Source: Antechinus flavipes (taxonomy: Eukaryota). From it: a stretch of DNA of 64,000 nucleotides. The first letter of the stretch is position 1. The number at the start of each line of letters is the position of its first letter. Location of the stretch: positions 5,580,001 to 5,644,000 of the forward strand of contig NC_067402.1 of NCBI RefSeq assembly GCF_016432865.1. Reading direction: 5' to 3'. The translations under genes were made by a program, and so were the position numbers. The notes under the pieces were generated by a model. The model ran no database searches and had not been told where the DNA came from. It saw only the letters and a list, made by a program, of their open reading frames with translations. This document shows, piece by piece, positions 10,751-22,406 of the stretch.

Positions 10751-12736
10751 TGGGGTTGGGTGACTACAGAGGCTCCTTCTATCTACCATAGTCTGACTAA
10801 AACCAGAATAATGCATCAGCCCAAACTTAGGCACTTCACTTGGAGAAACTACTGACCCTCCAGGTGGACAGTTTCTCCATGTCTTGGGGAAATTGTGTGC
10901 AACAATCCAGAAGAGCCTTGGAGATAAAGACCTTTTGTTTTCCTTCCTTTCAGTGACCCACTGACCCGGATGGGCTCGGGTGAGACGAACACAGAATTTG
11001 GGACCCCCAAGCTAGCTCGGAAAGGAAAGCCGAGGCAGCTCTGAGGCTCGGCTCTGTGTCTTGCACTCCAGAGCTGTCAGTCAGGATTTTTGATCATTAG
11101 CCATCTGTGATTATTTTAATTTTTGCCAGCAGGAGAAGGAGCTCTTTCCCACTCGGGAGCTCTGTTATTACAATATAATTTATATGTAAAGAGCTCCTTT
11201 CATCAGGACGGGAAACTTTTATAATTTTTTTTAGGTTTGAAAAAAAATCCTCATTGCCCCCTCCCCTTCTTCCTCCCAAACTCCACCAAACTGTTCCTCA
11301 CTCCTACTCTAGTGTCTCTCCATGTGGAAATCCTATTGAGACCATCAGCACTCGGTAAGGGTAGACTGAAGATACCTTCTCTGCAGGATAAAAGGGCAGT
11401 TGGGAATGGGTACCAGAAAGCCCGGGGGCGAGCCACGGCTTTGCCATCGAGTCACTGGAGAACCTCTGGAAAGCTCCTCGCTCCCTTGGAACCTCACTGG
11501 CTGCCTCCTTAAAAAGAGTGGGCTTGATTAATGAACTTTTACTGTGCTAATGAGAACCCTGTGGTCATTGAAGCTGACAGTTCCATTATACAGATGGTAA
11601 AACTGAGATCCAGAGGGGTTAAGACAATTGCCAACAGCTCCATAAGTAGGCGAGTCAAGAATTAAACTTTAGAACCCTGACTTTAAAGGTTTGGCTGGTT
11701 GGAATAGGAGTTAGCCTTCTTCTTCTTGATCTTAGAAGAGCTTAGAAGATCCCTTAGAAGAAAGGGAGACAGAGGAAAATTTAGGTTTGTTATTGGAGAA
11801 AAGCCGACACCCACAACACCCATACCACCACGACCACCAACCAAGCATTTCCTAGGACTCAAAGCTGGTTAACCATAGAGAGATCAGCAGACCTGGGGGC
11901 CAGATCCCCAAGCAGACGCTGGCCTGGCTTACCAAGGTAAGGATTCATTTTCAGGAGTAGCCCGGATCGAGTGGGCTTTGAGATTCCTCCTGCCTCTGAA
12001 ATCCAGTGATTCAACGTCCTGGAGGAAAAAATTATATTTTGGGATTTGGAGGAAAAAATCTGAAATGGCATTTATTATAAGGGAAGCTGAGAGACCCAGT
12101 GGATAGGATACCAGTCCCAGAGTCAGTTATTGGGGTGTAACCCCCTCAGCTTGTTTCCTCCTTTGGAGAAGGCAGTGGCAACCACTGCAGCATCTTTGCC
12201 CAGAAAACCCCATAAAGTCACTAAGAGTCAGACATGGCGATATGATAGGAAAATAACAACAAATATTTATAAAGCACTTTATTTAAGCTTTGTAAAGTCC
12301 AGGAAGTAGGTGTTATTAGTTTCCCTGGTTTTTCATAGAGAAATGGAGACTGGGATCCATTGTTTATAGGTAAGTATGAGAGGCAAGATTTGAACTCAGA
12401 ACTTCAAGGTCAGCGCTCTGTTTACTGCACCTCTGGGCTTCTTCTTAGTATTTATCAATAATAGTCAGTGTTCTGAAGAAGCTGAGGGACTAAATTTTAG
12501 GTTTGAGGAAGGGTAGACTCCGTGTCAGGAGTCATTACAGAACTTAGGAGACAGAAAAGAAATGAGAGGGTCAGGAGGTTCCCCAAACCCCCAGAGACCA
12601 ATGATCAGAGGCAGACTCAGGTGTCCACACAGTCTTATCCCAGGATGGAGGCTGACCTTCAGCAAGGTCCTTCACTTCGTAATCACCTTCTCTTTGCTGT
12701 TAAGAAAACAATAATGCAGTGACTTTTGTCAAGGGA

Positions 12737-12815
12737 GACCCTCAGGTCATTGAGTGGGACCCTTAGATCATTAAATGGGACTCTCAGGTCATTGAGTGGG
12801 ATCTTCAGGTCATTG
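12737..12815. repeat. 21-bp minisatellite, ~3.8 units, carrying AGGTCA motifs
   Basis: gaccctcaggtcattgagtgg / gacccttagatcattaaatgg / gactctcaggtcattgagtgg / gatcttcaggtcattg. Confidence 0.9.
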
Positions 12816-14099
12816 CTGTAGGTAGTTCCACGAAGCAAAGCGCGGTAGAGTTGGGATTAAAGACTTGGCTTCTGGCTTCTAGACTTGGTGGAACAAAAGT
12901 TTCAGATGCTAGAAAGACGCCTCTAGCTGTGTCCAGTTCATTAGGATCTGAAGCTGGAGGGGCCATCTAGACCATTTTACAGATCCAGAAACTGAGGTCC
13001 AGAGTGCAGAACTGACCGACCCAAGGTCGTCCAAAGAGCCAGATGGCTCTTTCAAACCCGGATCGGATCTATACGTTCTGAAGTTGTCAGCTTTATTCAT
13101 GATTCCACAATGTCCGTAAGGGGATTTCGAGTTCAAATTAAGAAGATATTCTTTTGTTCTCTTCATTCCTCATGATGTTATAAAGTTATGAAGTCTAGAA
13201 GAGGCCCATGGACTTTGTGATTTAGAAGGAATTGTTGGTGGCCTTCCATAATCTACCATGATCCTGAATTCTCGGGGACTCCCAAAGACTCAGCAGCATG
13301 GTAGCCTTTGTTTTACATGCCCTTCTTGTCTCCCCCATGAAAAGACAAACTCTGTCATAGTAGAGACCACCCCTTTAATTGATTCCATTGTCCATAGGGG
13401 AACCTTGTCACCAACGCTTACACAAATGCTCGTTGAGTGATAGATTCCTCTATTTTTACATCATCTCTTTCCTTCTTTTTCTCCTGATTTCCTACAAATG
13501 CCTTCTTTTTCACCAAAAAGAGACTATTCCAACTCTTTGATAAATAGTTCCATTGCTGGGCTCTGGAGACTCTGAAGAGAGCTTACTTGGCCCCTCACAA
13601 ATCAAAAACTTGCTCTCTGGTCAGCATTACTGGCTACCTGGTTTCAAACAAAATAAAAATAAAACTGGCTTCAATCAAATCATTATCATAGAGTTATCCT
13701 TAAGTCGCTCAAGGGATAAACAAATGATTTTGCAGGTTTTTTGGGTTTGTTTTTAAGGCAGGGGTACAAAGTCCAGGTTCAGGCGTTGGGGGGGGGACGG
13801 TCAGCCAGTCTGAAACTGTGACCATGTGGGTGCAAACCCACCTGCCATGTCTTCTAGTAAATGGCAGGGCTGGGAGCCAAGGACCCCAGGACTGTGAGCC
13901 AGTAGGTCCGGTTCCATCTGAAAATAACCTAATCTGGAGCCAATTTTCCCATCTGAACTTAATTTTCTTGTCTCGAATCAATCCAGAGCATCTTTATCCA
14001 GAATGCCCGAAATTAAATTATGATATCAAGAAATGGCCAGAACAACGACCGGTCTTCTATATACAGTGATGTAAGCTTATGGAGAGACACTTGTTTAGA

Positions 14100-14560
14100 C
14101 ATGGACGGCTCCTGCTCGCATACATGCGTCTGGTCTATAACCCGCCCTTGATATGCGACATTTCACTTCCCGCCTGGGTATCTTTGCGCGGGCCGGGCTC
14201 CAGGATGTCCTTCTTTTCCGTCTTCATTTGCAACTCCTTGGAATCCCTTGCACCGTTCCCGAGTCAGCTCAAGCGCTCCCTGCTGTGGGAAGCCTTTCTG
14301 ACCAAGCTCGCCTCGACAGACCCAATCAATCCTTCAATCGATGCATCTATTATTAGCCTGCTCTCCTTTCTTCCCAGATGCCTCGGCATTCGCCTTCCGC
14401 GTACTCCATGTTCCCTTGTTTGTATAGCTGTTGTTTGCCACCACTCGCGGTAGACTGAGACCTTCTAGAAGGCAGAGACTACTTCCCCCCATCCTTAATC
14501 TGACCCATTTTGTCTTTCTATCTCCAACTCGGAGTATTCCTGGAAAATCGTAAAGCACGT
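14100..14560 (+). mobile_element. L2 3'-end relic that is now CpG-rich
   Basis: L2-like 'ctccctgctgtgggaagcctttctgacc' and 'tagactgagaccttctagaaggcagagact...tttgtctttctatctcc'; ~22 CpGs counted in 14100-14460. Confidence 0.6.
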
Positions 14561-17500
14561 GACAGTTTCAGGTCAAAATTACTGGACTTGACCTGCATGT
14601 GATCTACTTAGATTGCTGGGATTCACCTCAAAAACCTGGGTTGAAATTCTATCACTGAAACCATTCTGAGCCTCAGTCTCCACCTCTATAAAATAAGCAG
14701 ATCCATCCTTACGTCTCTCACCTCACTGGGGGACAAAGCTCTCTTATTCAGAGCTTGTCAGGGCTGGGCTATTACTCGGCTCAGTTTTCTCTTCTTTATA
14801 ATAAGCATTCATGGGGAGGTCTTCTAGCCAAAGAGGAGCTGGTTGTTTATGGCTGTCCAGCATCCCTGAGTATGGCGCTTGATAAGTGCCTGCTAAACTG
14901 GATCGAAAGTGAGCTGGTTGTCGGCAGCTTCTTCAAGGTCGCTTACATCCCCTGGAGACATCTCTGTTCTGGGTGTTCATCTGCGGCAGAACTTCCAAGC
15001 TCGTGTTGGTCTGATCAGCCGCAGTCAGACGCACGGGACCTCGACCCCGACCAGTAATGTTATATTATACAGAAGCATCCCGATACTTCGCCCTGCTGAT
15101 CTCCCAGAAGGCCAGAGTCCTCGGGAGTCCAGGCGGCCTACAAATGAGAGTGGAATGGCTCTCCTTCTAGGCTGGAGGTCCCGAGCTCAGTCTTCCCCCA
15201 GACTGACTGGCCCAGTTGATAGTGTATATGGATGCTACCACTGGCTCCCTTCCTTGGCCACCCCCCGGGGGCAAGCTGGATCCCCGATCTAATATCCCTT
15301 TCCGTTTCCAGGACAAAATAAGAAGCAATCTTTGTTTAAAAAAAATAAACTGACTTTATTTCTATGCAAATGATGACTCTTCAGGGCAGAGAAGCAGCCC
15401 TCCCTCCCCCATTCTAAACTTCTATATTGCCAAACTTTGATTTGATTGATTTGCTATTGATCCCCATGTGGTGGTTGGAGCACACACTTTAGAAGGAAGT
15501 TTTCTTAATTCCAGTCTATCCAGACAAATCTGCAAGTTAAAGCGTCACTTGGATCAGCAGGCATTCAGAGGGTGGCAGGTGGCGGAGACCGCGCTGAGTG
15601 GCTGCTTCTAATTGCATTTTCCTCTGTCTCCAGAAGTGAAGGAGGAGGAGTAGAGAAAGAGAAGAGCAACGTCTTGGGGCTCCCAGGGAGCTGTTTGCTT
15701 CTTTTCTTCCTGAGAAACTTCCACTTGAAGTGGAAGGAAAGACGGGCCCGACTCTGGGATCAGAGAGCAAGTGTGAGTCCGGGTGCTCATGTTCCCGAGC
15801 CTCAGTTTCCCCAGGTGTAAAGTGAGGTGGTTAGACCAGACAACTGTGGGGCTCCTCCCAGCTCCAAATCTGTGACTAATGTCTGCTTAATATGGAGGCT
15901 GGAGGTTTCAGATTCAGAGCTGGGAGGAGAAAACTGAAGCCCAAGGAGATGCAACGATTTTATAAAGCCTACGTTCACTTGTTTCAGCTGTCTCTGAGTC
16001 TCCACAGCCCCACTTGGGGTATTCTTGGTCAAGATACTGGAGGGGGTGGCTGTTTCCTTCTCTTGCTCATTTTACAGATGAGGAAACTGTCTGAAGCTGG
16101 ATTTGAACTCAGGACTTTTGGACTCCTGCCACTAGCTGCCTTTTGATGACACAGGGGATAGCTACCACTGGAAAATGTGACGCCCTCTCCTCTGCCTTTG
16201 GAGCTGATTTCTTTGAGCTAGAATCCCTTCTAAAATATACCGGAGAGACGGCCGTCTGGTCCATGCTTGCAATCGCCCCAGAAGAGGAAGTCCCTACTTC
16301 CCAACTCATAACTCCCTTTCTCCCGGGGACAGCTCTCACTGGGGGGACGGTGCTTTTTTAGTTTGTTTTGTCTTGCTGACATCTCGTGTCTCTCAGTCCT
16401 GGTACTGCCCTTTGGCACGACAACTAGAATCATCCATCTTCCAATTAATCACACAACTATTCAAATGTTTGAAAACCACTCTCATGCCCCCCCCCCCTCC
16501 AGCAGAGCTGTCTTTTCTCCTTCATACAACAATTATTTATTAGTTTATTTCTGTGAAGACAAATGGAAAGAGTAACTATATATATAATGGTCTTTTTTCT
16601 TAAATAATTTTTGATACTTTTATTCAGTCTCACTTCCAGTGACTTTCCCCACCCTTTCTCCCCTTAGAAGCCTCTTTTGTCACAGACGACTGTCCAGATG
16701 TGGAATGGGCACCTCAGGCCATGTGGCTGGCCCTCACTGGAGGCAATGCTGGGGCTCACCTGCCGAGGACCCTGGAGAGCGATTGTCATTCGGGTGGTGG
16801 TCAGACACTAACTTGGCTCCAGCTCTAAGAGTGAGATTCCAGCAGTTTCCAAAAACAAACCAAAGCAAAAATAAATAAAACTCTATAAGTCTTTTAGTAG
16901 TGTTTAATCTATCAGTTTCCTCCTGGCCGGGGAGGCCAGTTTAGTGTTTAAATCTTCAGGATTTTTTTAAAGTAGATATATTAAAACCTCCCCAAGGTCA
17001 CAGTCTGCTATTGTGACAGACATGAAGGCTTTGTTCAATCCCTTTCTCTACTTGTGTCCAATTTACCTTCCCATCCAGAGATGAGTTAGGGCACAGTCAG
17101 AAAGCCTTGGATCCTCAAAGTTCGAATTTGTCTTTTATCTCTATTGCTTTGAGGAGCCCTCTGAGCCTTGATTTACTTACCTGCAAATTGGAAATAATAG
17201 CCTTTTGCCATGGGCTTCAAGACCTTGTGGGACATCCTTAAAAGATATCTTCGAAAGCACTTAACAAGTCATAAATGTGGTTCTGATGACTGCTGTCATG
17301 GCCATCACTCCCCCAAGTTTGCTCGTTAATGTCTGCTCCCCAAACCTCACAGGAAATCCTGAAATCGTGGGTCTTTCCCCTATTTGCTTTTTGACTCCCC
17401 TGCATCAGGGGACACATGATTCCAAGACTTCTATGTGACTTTCCTTATGAAACAAGTCCCTGATGTTCTGAAGCCCTCCGTCCGGCTTCCTCAGGGTACA

Positions 17501-17949
17501 CCAGCCCTTTGCCTTACCCTTGGTTCACAGTGTGACCCATCCCTTCCGAGTTGGACCCTGCTACCTTGTGCTCAGGATACTGTCCTCTGTGTCTGTCTAA
17601 TACGCCTGGATCTTTCACTCTTCCTCTCCCAGATAAAGAGACTCTTCTGATGAAATAGAGAGAACAGGGTTTGAATCTTCCTCCGACCTTTGCTAGCTGG
17701 GTGACCATGATAACTTGGACTCATTTTTTTAAACCAATTAAACAGACAGAATATTACTGGTAGTTCCTTCCTCACAGGGCCGTTGGGAGGAAGGTTGTTC
17801 ATTATGTCAGAGCCCCAGTCCACGGCTCTGCATTCAAAATGTCTGGGCAATGGGTGTTGCTGATCTCCCCCGGCAAGTTAAGGTACCATGTAACTGACAG
17901 TCACTATGGCCAATAGCTGGGCGTAGGGAAGGATAGCAGACAACTAAAA

Positions 17950-18450
17950 AAGAAACAAGAACTTATCACCATGATCAGTAACATAAATGGGAGATAGAAA
18001 ATAAGTGAACAACGAAACATAAATAAAAGTCTTATGCTTTGGAATAAAAATCCACTCTGTAAGGGATAAGATGGAAGCAAGGATAGACAGCAGTTGTTTT
18101 GTGTAGGATCTGGGACGACAGCCATTTATTTCCCAAAAGAAAAATGGACAAAGGACACAAACAGGCAATTCTCAAAGGAAGAAATCCAAACAATTAACAT
18201 CCTAACAAATGCTCCAAATCCCTGCTAATTAGAGAAATGGAAATTTAAAAAATTCTGATATTCTACTTTGTGTCCATCAGTTTGATAAAAATGATGATGA
18301 AAGAGTTAATTATTAGAAAGGCTTTGAAATAAGAGGCATATTGATCCATATTGATGGAACTTATATATCCCACTAAAAAGCTCAGCTATTTTTCAGATTG
18401 CCTGATAACTATATTAGACTATAGAGTTGAATTTTTGCGCCCATGCCTGA
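17950..18450 (+). mobile_element. Old, degraded L1 ORF2 3' fragment
   Basis: 'aaatggacaaaggacacaaacaggcaattctcaaaggaagaaatccaaac...aaatgctccaaatccctgctaattagagaaatg' corresponds to KW.KDMNRQFS.EEI...CSKSLLIREM. Confidence 0.7.
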
Positions 18451-18569
18451 AAGTTTGGTCTTGGTCAGTGTGTGATGTAAAAATCACAGAAGATAATGAA
18501 ATGTCAGACAACTTTATGTGTAAAATGAAATCCAATGATCAGAAGATAATGGTCCCATTCATCTGATGG

Positions 18570-18930
18570 GCCCTCCTCTGAAGTCTGATGTCCCATTCTG
18601 GACACCTTGGGGTGCCACCAGATAAGCTGGAGAGCAGCCTGGGGAGGGTAACCAGAAGAATATGAGGAGCGATTGGGAGGACTGGTCTACAGGAGAGATT
18701 TTGGGGCCACGAGGACTGTCTTCAAGTCTTTGGGGGCTGTCCTGGGGAGGAAGAATCAGCATAAGCCTGTTGGATCAGAAGGCAGGTCCAGGAGATACGG
18801 GTGGGAGTTTTAAAGAAGCCAATTGAGCCTTGATTTCGGGAGGGGGCATGGATCTTCACAATTCAAGCTGTTCCACAATGGAAAGTGGTTGGAAATCTTC
18901 CAGCCAAGGGCAGGAGACCACTTGTCAAGT
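18570..18930 (+). mobile_element. CR1/L3 3' fragment
   Basis: 'cattctggacacc...gataagctggagagcagcctggggagggtaaccag' and 'ctgtcttcaagtctttgggggctgtc', ending in 'ggagaccacttgtcaag'. Confidence 0.6.
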
Positions 18931-21900
18931 ACTTTATAGTGGCTACTTCTTCATGTATCAGTTGGATTAAATGACGATTGAGGTCCCTTCCAATGATCAA
19001 ATTCTGTGATTCTCTGACTGAACCAAGATTTGTAAAATTCTCAAGAAATTGTGAGAGAAAGGTCACGCAGAAGAACTATTATTTTAATGTCAAGTTCAAT
19101 TATAGGTGATTGAAGTGAAGGATTTACTATTTGAAAATGTCATCTGGAGGCCTAGATCCGCCTGGATATTCAGAATGATAACAAATAATAGGCAGCCCTC
19201 AAAGGGACGCATCTGGGGGAAGGGCAGATGATTTTGTAACTCTTTTCTTGGGCTCTGCCCATAAGTGCTTAACTACAGCATGTACAGAGACTGATTTTCT
19301 ACCTTCCAGCTTTGGTGGGAGGGAGTGGAGTGGTCTCATTGTCCCTTCTAACCACTGGGATGCCTGAAAATAATTAGTAACTGATTCTGGGGAAGGAGAC
19401 ACACAGCCGGCACAGTTTTAAGTTTAACGTACTTTATCCACAGCTTTTTCCATCTCTTAAATGTAGCTGATCAACAACACAATAAAAAACACCTCGATTT
19501 GCGTCATTAGCATTGTCTGAGAATTGAGTGCTCACACTCCAGCTCATGCTGCCTGCAGTCCAAGAGGCTAATGAGTAAAAGGAGGAGAAAAGGATTGATT
19601 ATGGGCAGCAAAGGCCTCTGCAGAGCCAGGGAAGGATGCTCCCGGGGACTAACAAGCTCCAGAGGATCTCTTAAGTCCAGAGCCAATAGGGTAGGGCAAG
19701 AAGGTTGAAAAAAGAGCCTTCAAAGAAAGCCTCAGGTGCTTGAAAAGAAGGGAAGGGGGGAGCGGAGCTCTCTGGCCAACCATCCAGTTGGGCAGTCACC
19801 AAGCATGGAGGAAGTACTTCCTGTAGTAGAGTCTCCGGATCGTGCTAAGTGGAGAGGGTGTAAAGAAAGGCAAGCCTTGGTTCTGGTCCGTGGGCTCTCA
19901 TGACAGTCAGCATGCAAACAATTATTTGGCTCCAACGTGCGCCGTATAAATGGAAGGTGAAGGGAAGTAGCTAGTGGGGGGCAGCTTTGGCTCCTCCAGA
20001 ATTCAGAATTTGAACTGAGTCTTGAAGGAAGCAGAGGAAGTAGGAGACAGGAGAGACAAGAGTGGTCCAGGTGTGGTGGGAAGGCATGAGATGGAATTGT
20101 GGCAGTGATGCTGGATTGTCACCTTCGTGGGGCAAAGGGGTGTAGGGGGTAGCAGAGAACAGACAGGCTGAATAAAGCCAGTTTGGGAAGGGCTAAAGAG
20201 CTCTAAACTTCTGTTCCTGAGAAGATTCTAGAATCCAACACAACCTTCTCCATCTGTTAAAAGGAGAAATTGGTTGGACCCAGTGACTCTCTATGGCCCT
20301 ATTCCAAGACCCCTCCAGTTTTAAGACCAATGAGCCTGCAGAATGGCTTCATTTTATTATTTTTTTTAGCCAAAACAGTATGAAACTCATGTCCAGTAAA
20401 ATTAAGATGATCGAAACCAAGTTGTTCCCTCTCTCAGCAGTATAACCATTTGTTTGTCCACGACACAAGACATGACACATATTCAAGAAATAAAATGATG
20501 CATTTTCAAATTCAGATTCAGCTCCTATTAGAGTGCTCTAACAATCACCAAAAGTGGCCCTTTTCATCCTACTCTTTAACTCTTACGAGCCAGTAACTTC
20601 AGATGGGCAAATTCTTTTTCTCTAAGTTGATTCTGCCAACTTTATTGAGAAGAAAGTCCAAAGACTGGGAAAATCATGATTTTTCCATTGTTCTACAACT
20701 GCTACGCCAGTCTGGGAAGGTAGAACTGGGTTGTGGAAGTTCCTGAAGTTATAATGAGCCCCTCTTCCCACTCTGAGCCCTGTACCTCCCAGTCACCCAC
20801 ATCGTCGGAGGAAATGCAGGAAAAGGTGGGCCCTGATTAAAACGATAGAAAATGGGCAGATCGAAAAACAGATGTGAGCGACATGATAATGATGACTGTG
20901 AAATTTTTTTTTCTGTTTACATTTAATTGATAAAATTGGCTGAAAGCAGACATGATAATAAACTTGGGAAGATGAGCATCATGTCCCCGGTTCCTCTCTG
21001 TCACAGCGTCCCTAATTCATTTACTTGGGAACATCTAATAGATTTTTTCCTTATTTATTGTTGGAATGAGAACAGCAAGAGGGTTTTGTTCCTTTTTTTG
21101 ACATAGAAGCCTATGGCTTCTATATGGTAAATATACTTTGCCAAAGATACTAACAACTTCCCTAAATGACAGACCTGGGACTGCTTTCTTTAGCCAAAAG
21201 AAGTAATGGGATATACCTTAAGGAGAAAAGACTGTACAATGGGGACCATGTACTCAGTTGTCTGAGATGTTTATTCTACCCCATTTACAGGATGACACTT
21301 TTTATTAATTAAGACAATTGGAGGAATGAACTTGATTGCTGTAGAATCTGGGAAGACAAAGACACAGAATTTCCAGGCTTGACCCTCCCTTCAAGGAGCT
21401 TATATTTAATTGCAAGATAGAACAACAAAAAAAGGGAATTTTAAAATATATTTTAAAAAGCCCAGTAACAAGTAATTTCAAGAGAGAGAGAATGTGCTAA
21501 TAGCTAAGGATCAAGAAAGGTCTTTTGTGGTCAACAGCTCCTGCATTACTCCTGGAAGGATCTGAAGGGATGAGAGTGGGAAGCTTTCCTTACGTGTAGC
21601 TGTGATACCAAACCAGCTCCTCCACCAGGTGCTTTGTGCCAAAAGCAGGCTCTTCAGTGGTACACAAGCTCTGGGGAGAGGGAACGGCATTTTGGACCCA
21701 GTGCCAGGCTCTTGGTAGAGTTCGCTCACTGACTGATTACACGGGGCTGTTCCTCCCAGGGCTGATGAATATGATTCTTGTCATATTGAGGTTCTATGAG
21801 TTCTTGAGGACTATGGTTCTTTTTCATCAGAACTTGTGGACCACAATTGGCCATCTAGATGTCGCCCCCCAGCCCCCATCCTGTCTTAGGGCAAGGAAAA

Positions 21901-22106
21901 AAATAAGAGAACAATCAGTTGAAGTTTCATCCTACCCAGGACAAGGTGATGCAATATAATTAGCATTTATTAAACTTCTACTAGGTACATTGTATTGTGC
22001 AAGGTCTTGGGGATACAAAGACAGGAAAACAAAACAAAAAACCACTGTAAGCTTAACTAACTTCTAGGAATTATACTTCTAGCAGAGAAAACCACATACA
22101 AACTAT

Positions 22107-22406
22107 TTTTTTTTGAATTTACAAATCATGGATTGCTTTTATTGTTATCTTTGATAAATAAAGTGAGTCGAGACAGAATTCAGAGGCCTAGAATTAAATG
22201 ATTTTGTGGTTCCTTAAATACTTTTTTTTAAAAATAACTTTTTATTGGCAGAACCCATGCCAGGGTAATTTTTTACAGCATTATCCCTTGCACTCACTTC
22301 TGTTCCGATTTTTCCCCTCCCTCCCTCTATCCCCTCCCCCAGATGACAAACAGTCCTTTACATGTTAAATAGGTTACAGTATATCCTAGATACAATATAT
22401 GCACAC
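22107..22406 (-). mobile_element. 5'-truncated L1 3'-UTR insertion (22222-22401) with an extra 107-nt polyadenylated segment (22115-22221)
   Basis: 22230-22401 is the reverse complement of the L1 3' UTR seen at 31290-31470. Two T tracts (22106-22114, 22222-22229). Flanking direct repeat ACAAACTAT at ~22098-22106 and 22407-22415. Confidence 0.75.
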
